64,000 nt of DNA from Leptogorgia sarmentosa (Eukaryota), in assembly GCA_964658305.1 (NCBI GenBank), contig OZ210885.1, positions 21,576,001 to 21,640,000 of the forward strand, given 5' to 3'. Numbering within the stretch: the stretch's first letter is position 1; each line of letters starts with the position of its first letter. Both the position numbers and the translations under genes were made by a program. Below the pieces are notes generated by a model that was not told the DNA's origin, made no database searches, and worked only from the letters and a program-made list of their open reading frames with translations. Below, one piece after another: positions 12,520 to 25,820 of the stretch.

Positions 12520-15500
12520 TCATGTAACATAATCTGCTAAATATGCTGGCTTTCTCTTGATACTTTTCGGTGGTACAGGTGGTACCTGTACATACTTGAT
12601 GGTACAGGTGTTGGTTGTTCTTCATTGGTCTGTTCTGCAGGTTTTCTGTCCATCTGTCTGCTTTCCTGACTGCTCTGTTCGTTCTCAGGCGCTGATGCTG
12701 GTTCTGTATCAGCGTCGGCCACTGTGGTTTCCATCGAATTTAGTTGTTCCTCGGCTTTATCTGGAATATGTTCTTCTATATCTTGTGGAACAATCTCTTC
12801 CTCACTGAGCACTCGTGTCGGCTGCTGGTCCTTTATTAAGGAGTTTGCTAGTTTGTACTGACTTGCATCCCTGTAAACCTTTCGCCCATCCTGTATTCTT
12901 CTGGCTGCAATACTTGAACCATCCACTCTAGTTACGATGTAGAACCAAGGTTCATACGCTGTGGACCACTTATTTTTCTTGCTTTGTTTTAAAAGAACAT
13001 GGTCACCAATAGTAAGATTACGTTCTTTCGTGTTTCTATTCCGTGTGTTGTCTCTCATCTTTTCTTTGTACTCTTTATCCTTTCAGTTGACTGTCGCATT
13101 CCCTGGCTTCCTGAGTTGCTCATTTCTCTCCCGATGAGCTAACTTTGTTTGCACCGGTCTATTCATCATAGCTTCATATGGCATGACCCCAGTGGCTGGG
13201 TGTGGTGTGGATCGCAGTATCCCATGGCTTGCAAATATGGTCTTCAGCTTCTCCTTCGTTTGGTGAAAAGAGGTGGACGTTGTCCTCGCAACTTCCAGGT
13301 ATCTTGTTCTCTTATAAATCGCTACCAAATTATAATGACCGTCGGGGTATGGTCCACCGAAATCCACAGCGATTACATCCCATGGTTTGTCGGGTATGAC
13401 CGTTGGTTTCACTGGTTCCTGGTTGTGCTGCTTCGTCGTAACTTTACATTCGAAACAATCCCCAATTATCTGTTCCACCATTGTGTTCATGGTCGGGAAC
13501 CAGTATTTCTCCCGGAGCATCTGTTTAGTCTTTGTCATTCCCAAGTGTCCTAGATGGTGCGGTGCTTTAACTACTCTTCATTGAAGACATGCAGGAATGA
13601 CAATCTGATTCATCCTGAATATTAAATCATCAACACAGTACAATTCATGTCTTATGCCATAGAACGGAACAATATCAGGGTCTTTTCGATGTTTCTCCCA
13701 GTCTCCTTTGCGGATTCTTTCGGACACGTTTTGCATTTGGTTGTCTTGCCGCGTCTCATCTCGAATTTTGTCGATTACCACAGCATACTCTGCAGTAACA
13801 ACTTGCTTGATAACTTCTTCCACTTCACCACGTCCGGTTTCAGGTAGTGGATGTCTCGATAGGAAGTCGAGCGGATCAGCTTCATCTTTGCCCGGTTGAT
13901 AAACTAGTTCGAAGTCAACATCTTGCATACCCATCACCCATTTTTCGATTCTAGGTGGGAGCTTCGTGGTGGCTTTATTAAAAAGGGGTATCAAAGGCTT
14001 GTGGGCTGTTATGATCTTAAATCTTGGTGCTCCGAGAAGGTAAATGCTAAATTGGTTCTTGGCCCAGTGTATTGCCAATGCATCCTTTTCCGTCTGGCTA
14101 TACCGTTCTTCGGCTTCAGACATTGTACGGCTTCAGACATTGTACGGCTGATAAAATGGACTGGTTGTAACCCTTGACCGGTCTCTTGAAACAATCTCGC
14201 TGAGAGTCCTTACTAGCTTCAACTCTCACAACGATTGGTCTAGTTGGATTGAAATAGGCCATCGTCGTTCCATTTCGTGAATGCTTCCTCTTCTTTCGAG
14301 CCCCATCGAAACCTGACATCTTTATGGGTTAACTCTCTTAAGGGTGCAGTAAGGGAGGATTTAACTGCTCTGATTTTCTCAGGGCTTGGTTTCAATCCTT
14401 CGTGAGTGAATTTGTGACCATAAAATTCAAGTTCATTGACCCCAAACTGACACTTCTCCAGGTTGAAGTCAAAGAGGTCTTGAGAATGATTTCGCTCCAA
14501 AGATTAATCTCTTCGGTCTCATGTTGCCCCATGGCGTGCTGAAGGTTGCAATCATTTTGGATTCTGGGTCTAGCAAGAGCTGGTGGTAGCCTTGCCTCAT
14601 GTCTAGCTTGGAGAATATGGTACAATCATGGAACTTATATGTGAAATCCTCTATGGTGGTTCCCTGGGTCATCCTGTGTCTTTCCATGAACTGGTTAGGT
14701 ACTCTTAGGTCCACGCTGGCTCTTATCATATGCGGTTCTAACTGATCCTGGTTTATTTCCTTGAATCTCGGCTTTGGTTGGACAACCAACGGTGAGCACC
14801 ATGTTACGGGTTCCCCTTCTGGTACTTCTTCAAATATATCTTGTTCGATGCATTGCTCCAGCCATTTCTTCAGTGGTTTCTGTAGATAGTAGGCAACTGG
14901 TCTTGGTTTTTGAGCGACTGGAACTGCATCTGGCTTCATGGTGAACTTAGTATAGAAATCCTTGTCGTTCTTTGCATCTCTAATCTGACCAATGCCGGTG
15001 AATACTTGGTTGTATCGATCGGTGATATCGGGTTTCCGATTCCTTTTACTCTTTTGATTTCTGTTGTTTCTTCTCGGATTCTTAGATTTCTCAGCGAACG
15101 ATCCATCTTCCCGTATTCCCAGCATGCCCAATTTGATCAATGTATCCTTGCTGATAAGCGGTGGTGAATTAATTCTACCTTTGACTACGACAAATCTTGC
15201 CCTGGTTCCACAGGTCTTATTTCTAACCGTCGCTTGGAATTCACCCTTTACTGTCAATCTGCTTTGCAATGTGTTCAATTTTGTGTTACTGGGTTCTAAT
15301 GATGGTTTTATACGGCATCGATTTTCTAATGCTTTAAATTGGTGCTCGTCCATGACATTTACTTCCGCGCCACTGTCCGGTTCAACTCTCACTTCTACAT
15401 CGTCAATGTTCACTAAAACCGTCTTGGTATTGTTATCACTCTGAATCATCTTCACTTGTTTCAAATGTCGAACTGCCTGACAGAAAAATTCATCATCCGA

Positions 15501-16651
15501 ACTTGTTGATGTCTCTACTGCTGCTTCCGATGTCTTCTTTACTGCCCGTCTTTGTCCTGAAAACTTCCCTTTTTGTTTCTGCTGCCAGTGTTCGTATTGT
15601 TGTTCTTGTCTGTTCTCATCACTCTTTGACAAACCCGATTTAATTGATCTACAAACAGCCGCGAAATGATTATACTTTTGGCATTTGTTGCATTTCGTGC
15701 CGTAGGCTGGACAGTTTGTTCCCTCTTCGTGAGCTCCAGTACGACCACAATAATGACATGGTTGCTGTTGACGTCCTGACTTGGCTGAAAAGCCTGCTCG
15801 TTTCTTCTTGTAACGCTGATCTTTGCTTAAATATTTCACTTCTTCCGATCCAACTAGTTTCATATCTCGAATTTGGAGCGAAGTATCTTCCATTTGAACA
15901 GCTTCAGTTAAAAATTGTGATAAGTTCCATTTCTTGTTAATGGCTTTTTGGATTAACGCTCGATTTTGACAGGTTTGAATGAGATGTTCTAGGATCCGTT
16001 CGTCACTGTTGCCTTCAAATTCACAGTCATTTGCTTTCTCTCTCAGACGACTTGCATACGCCGCTATGGTTTCTCTGTGATTTGGTCGAAGTTTCAAAAA
16101 TAAATATCTTGCATGGTGTTTATTCCTTCTTGGGGTGAAGTAGTTGTTCAGTTTTGTCTTTAATTGGTTGTATTCGTCCAATTCATTCCCCGGGTTTGGT
16201 AAACTTTTCTCAAGTCTAGCTATTTCTCTGCCACCATATATAATTAGGGCGTCCTTCTTGTCCGTCGGATCGTTAATCTTGAAATACCGAAATTCTTGGT
16301 TAATTTCTTCAAGCCATTCTTCCCACGCTTTGCCCGTTGTAATCTTGTCGTCTTCTTGTACGAATGGTTTGATTCTCAAGTTTCTAGTCTCAGTTATGAC
16401 TCGTACAATTTCCTGGCCAGCTCTTGTGGCTTCTTGTTCGCCGTCGGACATAATTATTTATTTATTGAATTATATATCTCCGCTTACAAAATATTGCTGC
16501 TGATACGAGTCGATTTTCTCTCTTGCTGCTTTATTTTTTTTTTATCCTCGTCGCCAATGTTATGTCCCCATGTCACACACACACACTCTCGTAGATCAAA
16601 AGTATATTTTAATGTCCTAATAACTAAGCTAAGCTTTATATATATACAACA
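12520..16651 (-). mobile_element. Ty3/Gypsy LTR retrotransposon, degenerate (gag, protease, RT, RNase H, integrase); 3' LTR not found
   Basis: ORF 16451-14469 contains gag, two Cys/His knuckles, protease DSGA and RT FSKLDMRQGYHQL. RNase H YSQTEKDALAI lies in 14123-13578. Integrase YWFP..CFEC and AVDFGGP lie in 13544-13083. There are several deletions and a 17-bp tandem duplication near 14111-14148. A candidate short LTR TGT..ACA lies at 16558-16651. Confidence 0.92.
16544..16556 (-). promoter_or_regulatory. Primer-binding site TGGCGACGAGGAT, complementary to the tRNA-Ser(GCU) 3' end
   Basis: Plus strand ATCCTCGTCGCCA lies one base from the LTR-terminal ACA and about 90 nt upstream of the gag ATG. 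Confidence 0.8.
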
Positions 16652-16729
16652 TCGTTATTCATGCATATCGAAGGTCTTTAAAGTCCTATTACGCAAATGC
16701 GTATGTTAATTGGATTGGATAATACAATT

Positions 16730-17154
16730 ATGTCTGTGCAAGATTGTTGTATTCGATGTAAAGAACCTGTGAGAGCACGGCAGGAGGGGGTGCTGTGCGA
16801 TGGATGCGAGAGATGGCAGCACTGAATGTGTGATAGCGGGATTACCCGGGCTGAGTATCGCACATCAGTAAAATGTGGCCGAGATATAGACTGGCACTGC
16901 GTCGACTGCAAAAACATGAGTGCAGGATTTCTCCTACCTGTCGCTGAAAGTACGCGTCTGACCGAATTAGGTGACTATACGTCGTTCCGTTCCACAATAC
17001 TTTGTATAACACATACAGCTGAATAATCGTATTAAACTGTTAGGTAATTCAACTGTTAGGTATTAAACGTGCAGTTATAATAAATTTCAAAAAATTTATT
17101 TGTTTTCTAGTTCAAGACGGAGAGCAGAGCAGCGCTGATGTGGACGAAGAGCTG
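16730..17154 (+). pseudogene. PHD-finger exon with premature stop, probably the N-terminus of a MULE-associated gene
   Basis: MSVQDCCIRCKEPVRARQEGVLCDGCERWQH*MC...WHCVDC gives a C4HC3 pattern. Donor at 16971; small exon 17111-17154. Confidence 0.7.
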
Positions 17155-17170
17155 GTAGATATTTTGGTTG

Positions 17171-17224
17171 GCTTACCGGTCAAAACGGCCCCAAGTCAAA
17201 ACGGCCCCAAGTCAAAATGGACCA
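17171..17224. repeat. MULE-like TIR end with GTCAAAACGGCCCCAA subterminal repeats
   Basis: Three tandem copies follow GCTTACCG, and the structure resembles the one at 62641. Confidence 0.5.
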
Positions 17225-17961
17225 AATACTCTAAGCATTTATAAGACGTTCACAGTATTTGATCAGGATAACAGGATAATTTAAATCTATCTAAGGTTTT
17301 GCTGTATGTCCCGATTATTTTGTCTTCAAAATACTATCATATGTTATTGGGAGTAATTATACAGGGTGTATCAAAAAAAAGTTTACTGATGAAAAACATT
17401 CTCTAAACTAACGAGCGCTCAAAATTTCCAAAAACTTTCGGTTAGCATGGGTAGTTTAACACCCTCTGGTATATCTAGCACTAAGTTTATTTTAAAAACA
17501 AACTTTTTTAGAATGGGAAATGTGGTTACTGAAAGGGCCATTAAAAACGGCTTGCACAGAAAAAATAAGTTTTCTTCACACAATTTGATTTAATCGGATG
17601 AAAATATGGAGTATGATATACAAGCTATTCAAGTTTTGAGAAATTTGGTGCACGCCGAGACGAACGTGTGACGTCCGAAAACTGGATTTTGCGTTCTTTC
17701 CTGCGTGATTACCGATTAATTTATGCATAATTGGATATTTGCATTAATTACCAATGCAAATTGCAAGCTAATTCCCAAAGGGCCGTAATTACGCTAAGGA
17801 AATTGCGGAAAATCAAGTTTTCGGACATCGCACGTTCGTCTCAGCGTGCACCAAATTTCTCAAAACTTGAATAGCTTGTATATCATACTCCATATTTTCA
17901 TCCGATTAAATCAAATTGTGTGAAGAAAACTTATTTTTTCCGCGCAAGCCGTTTTCAATGG

Positions 17962-18640
17962 CATAGGCGTACGGGCACATTTTTTTGGGGGGGGCTGGGC
18001 TGAATTTGCCCGAATTACATGACGTCATAGATTTCGTGACGTCATCATAATATTATATAATCTGAGAATACTATAAATGAAAAGCTTTCCTTTGAAAATT
18101 GATATAAAAAGAAATATGTCGTCCCCAGTGGCGTAGCCAGACCTTCATTTTTGGGGGGGCGAAACAAACGTGGAAGGCGCGATGGCATCTAGGGGGGGGG
18201 GGTCCGGGGGGATTCTCCCCCGTGAAAATTTTGAAATCTGGAGTCCCCCAATGGCGATTTAGCGTGTTTCTGGGGTGAGATTTGTGAAAATGTTTGGATT
18301 GAGATTGGTAGTCACATGGGTAGTCATCGTCCCCCCCCTAATTTCTACCCGGATTTCATCTTTTTACGGCGCAGTCCTTCAGCCTTTTGGAGGGGCTGAG
18401 CCCCCCCGTGCCCCCCCCCTTGTCTACGCCACTGGTCATCCCTAGCCATTTCAATTATAAGCTAAATATATTCATTACGATTTACAGAGAAAGAGAAAGT
18501 TACTAGCGTAACAACATTTTTATCTAATCGCCAGACCGTCGCTGCCCGAATGACAAGACAATTTTTGCCCGAATAGATGAATTCTCAAAAAATTTGGGGG
18601 GGCTGCAGCCCCCCCAGCCCCACCCCCTTGTACGCCTATG
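17962..18640. mobile_element. hAT-type MITE with 8-bp TSD TTCAATGG
   Basis: TIR CATAGGCGTAC / GTACGCCTATG. TSD at 17954-17961 and 18641-18648. Confidence 0.92.
18126..18434. mobile_element. hAT-type MITE with 8-bp TSD GTC(G/A)TCCC
   Basis: TIR CAGTGGCGTAG / CTACGCCACTG. TSD at 18118-18125 and 18435-18442, 7/8 identical. Confidence 0.9.
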
Positions 18641-19884
18641 TTCAATGGGCCTTTCAGTAACCACATTTCCCATTCTAAAAAAGTCTGTTTTTAAAATAAA
18701 CTTAGTGCTGGATAGACCAGAGGGTGTTAAACTACCCAGGCTAACCGAAAGTTTTTGGAAATTTTGAGCGCTCGTTAGTTTAGAGAATGTTTTTCATCAG
18801 TAAACTTTTTTTTGATACACCCTGTAGAATACCTGGCCAAAGTCAACTTCGTATTTTTACATGAAAATAAAGTCACATTTGTTGAAACTAAAAGTGCAAT
18901 AAGGAAACCTTACCTAAACCCTTACTCTAACCCTAACATGACTGGGAATGAAGCAATCTTACTAGATGATTTTGAAGTTCATTTGACATATTTAGCCTAA
19001 TTAACATAAAGTGGCCAGGTATTCTATAATTGTACCTGTAATTGTTTTGATAGTTTTTATACCGAGTTTGTTCCCCGGTCCACTTTATGTTGTATTTTAA
19101 ATTCTCTTAAAGCTTTTAGAAGTCTTAAAGTAAGTGGTACATTATGTAGAAGGCTTTGGTAGCATTTTTCAACTAGTGATATACAATGTCATATTACATC
19201 AAGGCATTGGAACATGTTTTGCAGCATAAAATTCTAGGAATGGTATTGGATGGGTGTATTACATTAACTTGGTATAAGATGGTGACATTTATTGAAGAAA
19301 ATCTTCAGCTACATGTTGCGACACTTTGCAAAATCCTAGTGTGCCTTCTGATAGCCCAAATCATGATAAACAAAGGCATTGCTATCAGGACAGGGATTTT
19401 AGGAAATATTGAACCATAGACATGTTGCCAAACTTTACAAAATTCTAGTATGGCTTCAGATGGCAATATGGTTAAGTGTTAACTTATAAAAGCGGACACC
19501 TTCCGTAAGATCAGGTCCCGAAGGTGTCTGCTTACAAGAGGTTCGACTGTATTTATATATTAACACGGTCTATTACCACAAGAGTGATTTGATAACAACA
19601 AAGAAGCCAAATAAATAAGCAAAATGTTTTCGAAAGCATTGTTTATTTGGACATGCAAAAATATATATAATCTGTACAATAAAATTTAATGTTCAAGGCC
19701 GTATTTATTTACAACATTATACAACATAATTATATATCTGTACTCCGCTTTGCAGTTGAGCTTACAGACTGAAGTGGCAAGTTGTGTCACATAGTTTGAT
19801 GATTGATATTTAATGACTCATCTGTCAATTTCATTAAATTGCAACTGCAAAGCGCAGTACCAATTTCATTTGCATGCATCATCT

Positions 19885-20930
19885 CTACATTGGACATGTA
19901 AGGTAAGAGCACCCTGAAAGTAGCTTTTTAGCTGACAAATCTCCAGCAATGTACTTAGCCCAGTTGTGGAAAAGTTTACCTTCTACCTGCCGATATTTCT
20001 TTCTTTGCCTTCTCTTCAGTTTCTCTTCCGACACTAATCGAACTTGCATATCCACCAGTTCTGCTTGTTCATGGAGAAGTCGCACCATCAGATAAAAATT
20101 GAGGTTCCCACACTATGCATGTCTGTTCAACATACCGTGCCACCCTTCGACGTCATTGTTGGTTCTTACAGCTTGGCAAAAAACACTCCACCTAACAATA
20201 AATTGAATATATTATTATTTTGTGAGTATCACATACTTCGTCCTACAAGTGATGAAGAACTTGGGCAGAAGAGAGAGGGGGGCTGGTGATTTTTTTCCCA
20301 CCACAAACGGTGAAAATTTTCCCTTATCGTCTACCAATATACTGCACACAATCTCTTACCTTCTATCCAGTTAGCACGAATATACTCCACCAGTTCTGCC
20401 AGGATTGGTGTTGTAGCCTTTGCAGCAAGTTTCTCAAACACAGCTGGTATGTGTTCCTTCGGGAAAATATGGAAGTGCCAGGAACTTTCTGCAGTTTATG
20501 GGTTGCATCGTCGTCTTTATAGGCAGGGGCCAGACCTATGTGCTGGATCTTCCTCCAGATGCACTGTGCCCAGTGAAATGAGCAGCCACGAATTAACACA
20601 TCTGGGAAAACATGTGGGATTGCTTGCCATAACGCACACTCGAAATCCAAAACAATTTTTTCGAGTTTTCTTCCTCTCGTTAAGCCTTCAATGGCACGTA
20701 GAACTTTTCTGTAGTCTTGTTTTCGTTTCCCCGACATCAACACAAAGGCAAGTGGTACTTGTTTCACACATTCTCCGCTTCGCACAAATGAATGAATTGT
20801 GAACAACTGGGTGAAAGGCTCTTTGACTACTTTAAAAGTTCCATCAACATACCATGTCTTAGATTTTGACAGCAAATCACACATGTTTTGAGTTGCAAAC
20901 ACCCCGAACAACGGCCCGTACTCTGCACTC
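19885..20930 (-). pseudogene. MULE/Mutator transposase, C-terminal part
   Basis: WYVDGTFK, QLFTIH, VPLAFVLM, DFE and GCSFHWAQ; then RTNNDVEGWH near 20165-20135; stop at 19885. Confidence 0.9.
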
Positions 20931-20949
20931 TGATAAGAATACAAAAAAT

Positions 20950-23900
20950 TTTGGAAATATTATGGATAAAGTATCAAGATATAGCCAGTGTCCGGCATGT
21001 GGCAATGGCTGCAAGATGTCATCCGTGCCGACTCCTGCTCGCGATTGAATGACGATTGTGGAAACTTATGCGCAGTTGCTCGCCTAGAAATGCTGCCAGT
21101 GCACGCAAGTCTAACAGTTGGAGGGACAAGGTCGGACACTCCCCGCTAGTGCTCGGCCTTATGTCTATGAATAAGTAACCACTGTCGTAAAGGGCTATGT
21201 GGACATTGATGAAACACGAATATATTTGCGACAGCTGCCCCGTCTTGCATCACGAAAATTGCCCCTTCGCACTTGCCCCGCAGGGCAAGATAATCAGGAA
21301 GCAATTGGATAGGACAACACTCAGACTGGCGGTTAATCGATAACGTAAACGGACGTTGATTGTAATTGTGTTTAAAATCGTGAAAGGTTAATTTTATTCC
21401 CACCACTTGGTTACCCGAGTCACAAATGTAGGGGAGTTAGTGTAATTGCAAGGGCTGGCATCGGTTACCGTTTGTGGTAGTCATCTCCCCGATCCTCAAG
21501 AATGCAAAAAAGGCCAAAGAGCACATAGCTTTGAATTGGCAGATCTGATAATGTGATCCATTAATGTGAGGTGATACCTCTAGCAAACTTTTAAGGATGG
21601 GAAGTGTGATCGGCAAGCGGCTGTCTATGGCCCGTTTTGCCATAGCCCTTGAGCATTTGGATAATATAGAAAACTTGCGTTGGATCCATTACTCCTGATA
21701 GTTTGTGCGAGTAACCAATTGCTGAGATATATGTATTAACCGTAGACGATGCATAATTGCGTTCAAATAAATATGCTATAAAAAGCGCCAGAGTCGCAGG
21801 CATAATAGGGAAGCGGAAACAGGCTGTCCGAAACAACGTACTGTGAAATGCAGTGAAAAGGTTCCAAGCCCTCGTGTATATAGGAATAGATGCAGGTTAG
21901 ATGTTGTCAAATGAGTAATTATATTGACTAGCTTCGTGGCTGCAGGTGCTGGGGTACGTACGTGGGAAATGGATTCATATTCGCTGGAGCCAGATGCTTG
22001 AACGTTTGAATCTGAAAGCGGGAGAGGCAATCAGCCAACTTGTTTTTAACCCCCGGAATATGTTTCGCTTTAAAGAGATTATGTTCTAACAAACCAGCAC
22101 CAGTTTCCGAACGAAGACCATTAAAGTTTTATCACGGCAAGATTGCTTGTTAATAACATGGACCAACGCTTCGCTATCCGTAAAGAATAAGATAGAATTG
22201 TTCCGCATTTTATTGCCCCATAAACAAACTGAGCACAATAGGAAAAAATTCTAAAATAGCAATGTTACGGTGCAGCCAATTGGAAGGCCATCGCCCATAG
22301 CACCAAGAAGTACCAAATATGGCGCCAAAGCCAATAGAGCCAGCCGCGTCAGTAAATAAATTGAGCTTGGTCGAGTTGTGCCACTCTTCGTGGCGAAAAA
22401 AGTAAACGCCATTAAAGGAGGACAGAAATGTCAGCCAAACGCGCAAATCGTCTTTCACATCTGAGCGTAAACGCACGAAATGGTGCGGTTGGCTCACGCC
22501 CTGTGTTAGGTCATAAAGACGCCTCAAAAATGCTTTCCCGGGCGTCACGACTGAAGTGGCGAAATTTAAAAGGCCAGTTAAGGATTGAAGCTCCTTAAGT
22601 TGTACCTTTTTGCGTCTGAAAAAGGTAGAAATCAAATCTACACATTTTACAATGTTTTCACGTGGTAAACGCGCTTCAGCTCGAACTGAGTCGAGTTCGA
22701 CGCCGGCAAAAGTAAGAGTGGTAGATGGACCAAATGTTTTCTCAGGTGCTATGGGGACGCCAAGTTGGCTGCATTAATGAATAAAGCGGTCTAAATTGCC
22801 TTGACACTGGCTATATGTAGTGGACACAAAGAAAAAATCGTCTAATAAATGAAGGAGTTCATCGATTGTGAGCTTGTCGAGCAATCCACTCGATAGAGGT
22901 ACTAAAAATTTCGAAAGTTTTGCAGGAGCTAAAACATCCCATAGGCATACAGCGATCAAAGTAATATAATCCCCGCCAGTTCATACCCAAAAGAGGGTAG
23001 TCACTTGGCTGAATAGGAATGATTCTAAATGCACTTTTATGTCAGTTTTAGCCATAAAACAGCTCGGTGCTGCGCGTTTGATAAGTTCAATCGCATCGGC
23101 AACTGTGGCATACTGAACACAAGTGTATTCCGAGGCTATTCCATCATTTACCGACTGTCCTTTTGGAAAGGATAAGTGGTGGATCAGCCTGAAATCACCC
23201 GGTGTTTTTTTAGGAACAAGGCCGAGTGGAGAAACACAAAAAGTCTGAAATGGTGGGAATAAGAATGGGCCGGCCAAGCGGTTGGCGGCCAACTACTGTC
23301 CCAATTTCTTATCAACAGCTTGGGGATTTTGCAACGCAGAAGTTTTTTGATGCCAAGGAATGTCGTTCGCCTTCGAAATGTAAAGGAAATCCTTGAGAAA
23401 ATCTGGAAATTAAAAATTCGACAATGCCAGATTAATATCCCACCAGGAATTTAGCTATGGGATGAATTTTTATCGGCGTTGGGAGAGGACTTGGCTTGGC
23501 GGTCAGAATTTGCGGAGAATTTGCCCGGTGGGCCACGAAAATTACACTGAGTAGCATGATGTGTACCTTTGCATTTAAAACACGAGTGTTTAAAAGCACG
23601 ATTCCCCGAACAAAATTGACCGTGATGAAATTTAAAGCAGTATCCAGAAGGAACTGTTGTTCCTCCTGCTCTCGGAGCACTGCTATTTTGATTCACAGGC
23701 GGCACTTTGTTTGGGTATTGAGAACGGAGCCAAAGTTCACCGTGAATAGAGCCCCACGGTATTAGGCTCCTTCGAGTTTGCCGCAAGTAACGAAAATTTT
23801 CGTGCCCCATAAACATAAACTGAGCACAATAGGAAAAAATTCTAAAATAGCAATGTTACGGTGCAGCCAATTGGAAGGCCATCGCCCATAGCACCAAGAA

Positions 23901-25820
23901 GTACCAAATATGGCGCCAAAGCCAATAGAGCCAGCCGCGTCAGTAAATAAAGGAAATCCTTGAGAAAATCCGGAAATTAAAAATTCGACAACGCCAGATT
24001 AATATCCCACCAGGAATTTAGCTATGGGATGAATTTTTACCGGCGTTGGGAGAGGACTTGGCTTGGCGGTCAGAATTTGCGGAGAATTTGCCCGGTGGGC
24101 CACGAAAATTACACTGAGTAGCATGATGTGTACCTTTGCACTTAAAACACGAGTGTTTAAAAGCACAATTCCCCGAACAAAATTGACCGTGATGAAATTT
24201 AAAGCAGTATCCAGAAGGAACTGTTGTTCCTCCTGCTCTCGGAGCACTGCTATTTTGATTCACAGGTGGCACTTTGTTTGGGTATTGAGAACGGAGCCAA
24301 AGTTCACCGTGAATAGAGCCCCACGGTATTAGGCTCCTTCAAGTAACGAAAATTTTCGTTGTAAAAATGCCAATTCTGACCACGAGCAGCTAAGTCTTGG
24401 ATGGTTTGCCCGTACTTCATGAGGGCGGGGGCCTCATGCGGGTATTTTAGGGCATACACACCCACAAAAATATGGAAAGCCTGTTGCCAGGCATCAATAG
24501 TCATGACCTTTTTGGGCCGCAAAACAGGTTCGAGACAAATGGAGGTCAAATGACCGGCGTCCGAATTTAGGACCGAGAGTTGGTACTTGTTGTGCCCTGG
24601 ATTGCTCAACAAACTGCCGAAATCAACAAACTCCTCGTTCCAAATTTTTCCTTTGAGTTTCGCCGAAACCTGAGAGTCAATCGGCAAACTTGTGGAAAGA
24701 AAAATCTGACCTGGAGTATTAGAACTATCTCCAATATCAGAACTAACTACAGTAGTAGTACTAGGTAACAGTTGAGGCGCACCTGTGATTTGGGAGTGAG
24801 CGACGGCAAGTGCTTCGTTCACCAGGGTGGTTGCTGAGGCCATCGGCTCGTGTGAAGAGGACGGTTGATGTCCTTTGTGTGCTGCCGCAGCACCTGGCGC
24901 AGGTAGAGCCGCAGTGAGGCGTCTAGTCACTTCCTCGGTGACGGTCGAAACTATGGACTGGATCACGTCGGGTGGAATAATAGTGTGGACACTATCCTTG
25001 GACGAACTAGGAGGAATCTCGTTCGTAGTGGGTGTAATAGGGCTGGACGCCATGGAGTGCGATGCCTGAGTAGCTTGTCTGGTTGTGAGACAACGGCTAC
25101 GTTGTGCGGGTGGCCCCTCGACAGCAGTGTGTTGCGTGCGTTTTTGTGTGCGTGTCCTCTTAGGTGGCATACTAAAATGAGAAACCTCAGAAAGAGTAGC
25201 TTGCAAAGGGGAAACTAAGTAGACCCAATTTGTCTCAATGACTTAGGAAAATTGAAATTGAACAAAAATAGCATGAAATTGAATTTTTTAACAGGGACAA
25301 GGATGGCAGACAGGTATGTGTCGCCGCATCACCAGCCCTGAGTAGCCAAATTATCGTGTACACAAAACCCAACAACAGTTGGGACAAAACCTCGCAATGA
25401 GGACAGATAAAAACCCGAACAGTAATCGGGAGAAAACCTTGGCAATGAGGACAGCGAAAAACCCGAACAGTAACAAAACCTCAGTTGTGACAAAACCTCA
25501 CAATGAGCACAGTTAAAACCCGAACTCTAGTCGGGACAAAAAACCACATAAAGGGGACAAATCAGCCAGACAACCCAACAATATTGGGACACAACCTCAT
25601 AAAAACTGAGGACAAATAAAGGACAAGCAAGGTATTCATTATAAACTGTGACAGGTCGCTAGTGCGTGCAATATTGCCCCGCAATAACTTCGATATAACT
25701 GATATTGGCCAATGTGGTTGAAATGAACTCCGTCTGATAAAAAGGGGGACACGGATGGGTTAGCAAAACCCATGTGTGTCCAACATATCGCTCGACGGGC
25801 GTCCTCGAGCACAACGCGCC
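20950..25820 (-). mobile_element. Ngaro/DIRS-like YR retrotransposon, degenerate
   Basis: gag-like ORF 25170-24304 ends in CFKFH...HSCFKC..H. RT motifs: SPLGLVPKK, FRLIHHLS, KTDIK, LLDDF. RNase H: LFTDAAGSIGFG, NIAILE. Tyrosine recombinase: RLPIT, LAFFAFLRIGE, CPIQLL (21900-21110). Confidence 0.9.
25639..25820 (-). pseudogene. C-terminal end of an SGNH/GDSL hydrolase ORF (Ngaro-associated)
   Basis: WTHMGF...FLSDGVHFNHIGQYQLYRS contains the DGVH block-V motif. Confidence 0.7.

Larger units (their letters stand above)
17362..18824. mobile_element. Foldback Tc1/mariner-type MITE with TA TSD
   Basis: TA-CAGGGTGTATCAAAAAAAA ... TTTTTTTTGATACACCCTG-TA. The arms are near-perfectly inverted around about 17760. 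Confidence 0.92.
17350..19036. mobile_element. Small TIR element (about 220 bp net), outermost layer of the MITE nest
   Basis: Removing 17362-18826 restores AATTATAGAATACCTGGCCA, which is the exact inverse of 19012-19031. Flanks are TGTTATTG and TGTAATTG. Confidence 0.65.

Noticed and set aside
12385..12536. 3' LTR of the minus-strand Gypsy
   Set aside because: No match to 16558-16651 and no clear polypurine tract.
18905..18940. Telomeric repeat (CCTAAC-like)
   Set aside because: Only a few degenerate units, internal to a MITE.
19480..19551. Short imperfect palindrome ending GGTTCGACTG-TA
   Set aside because: Probably a mariner-type MITE remnant, but the other end is missing, so it cannot be delimited.
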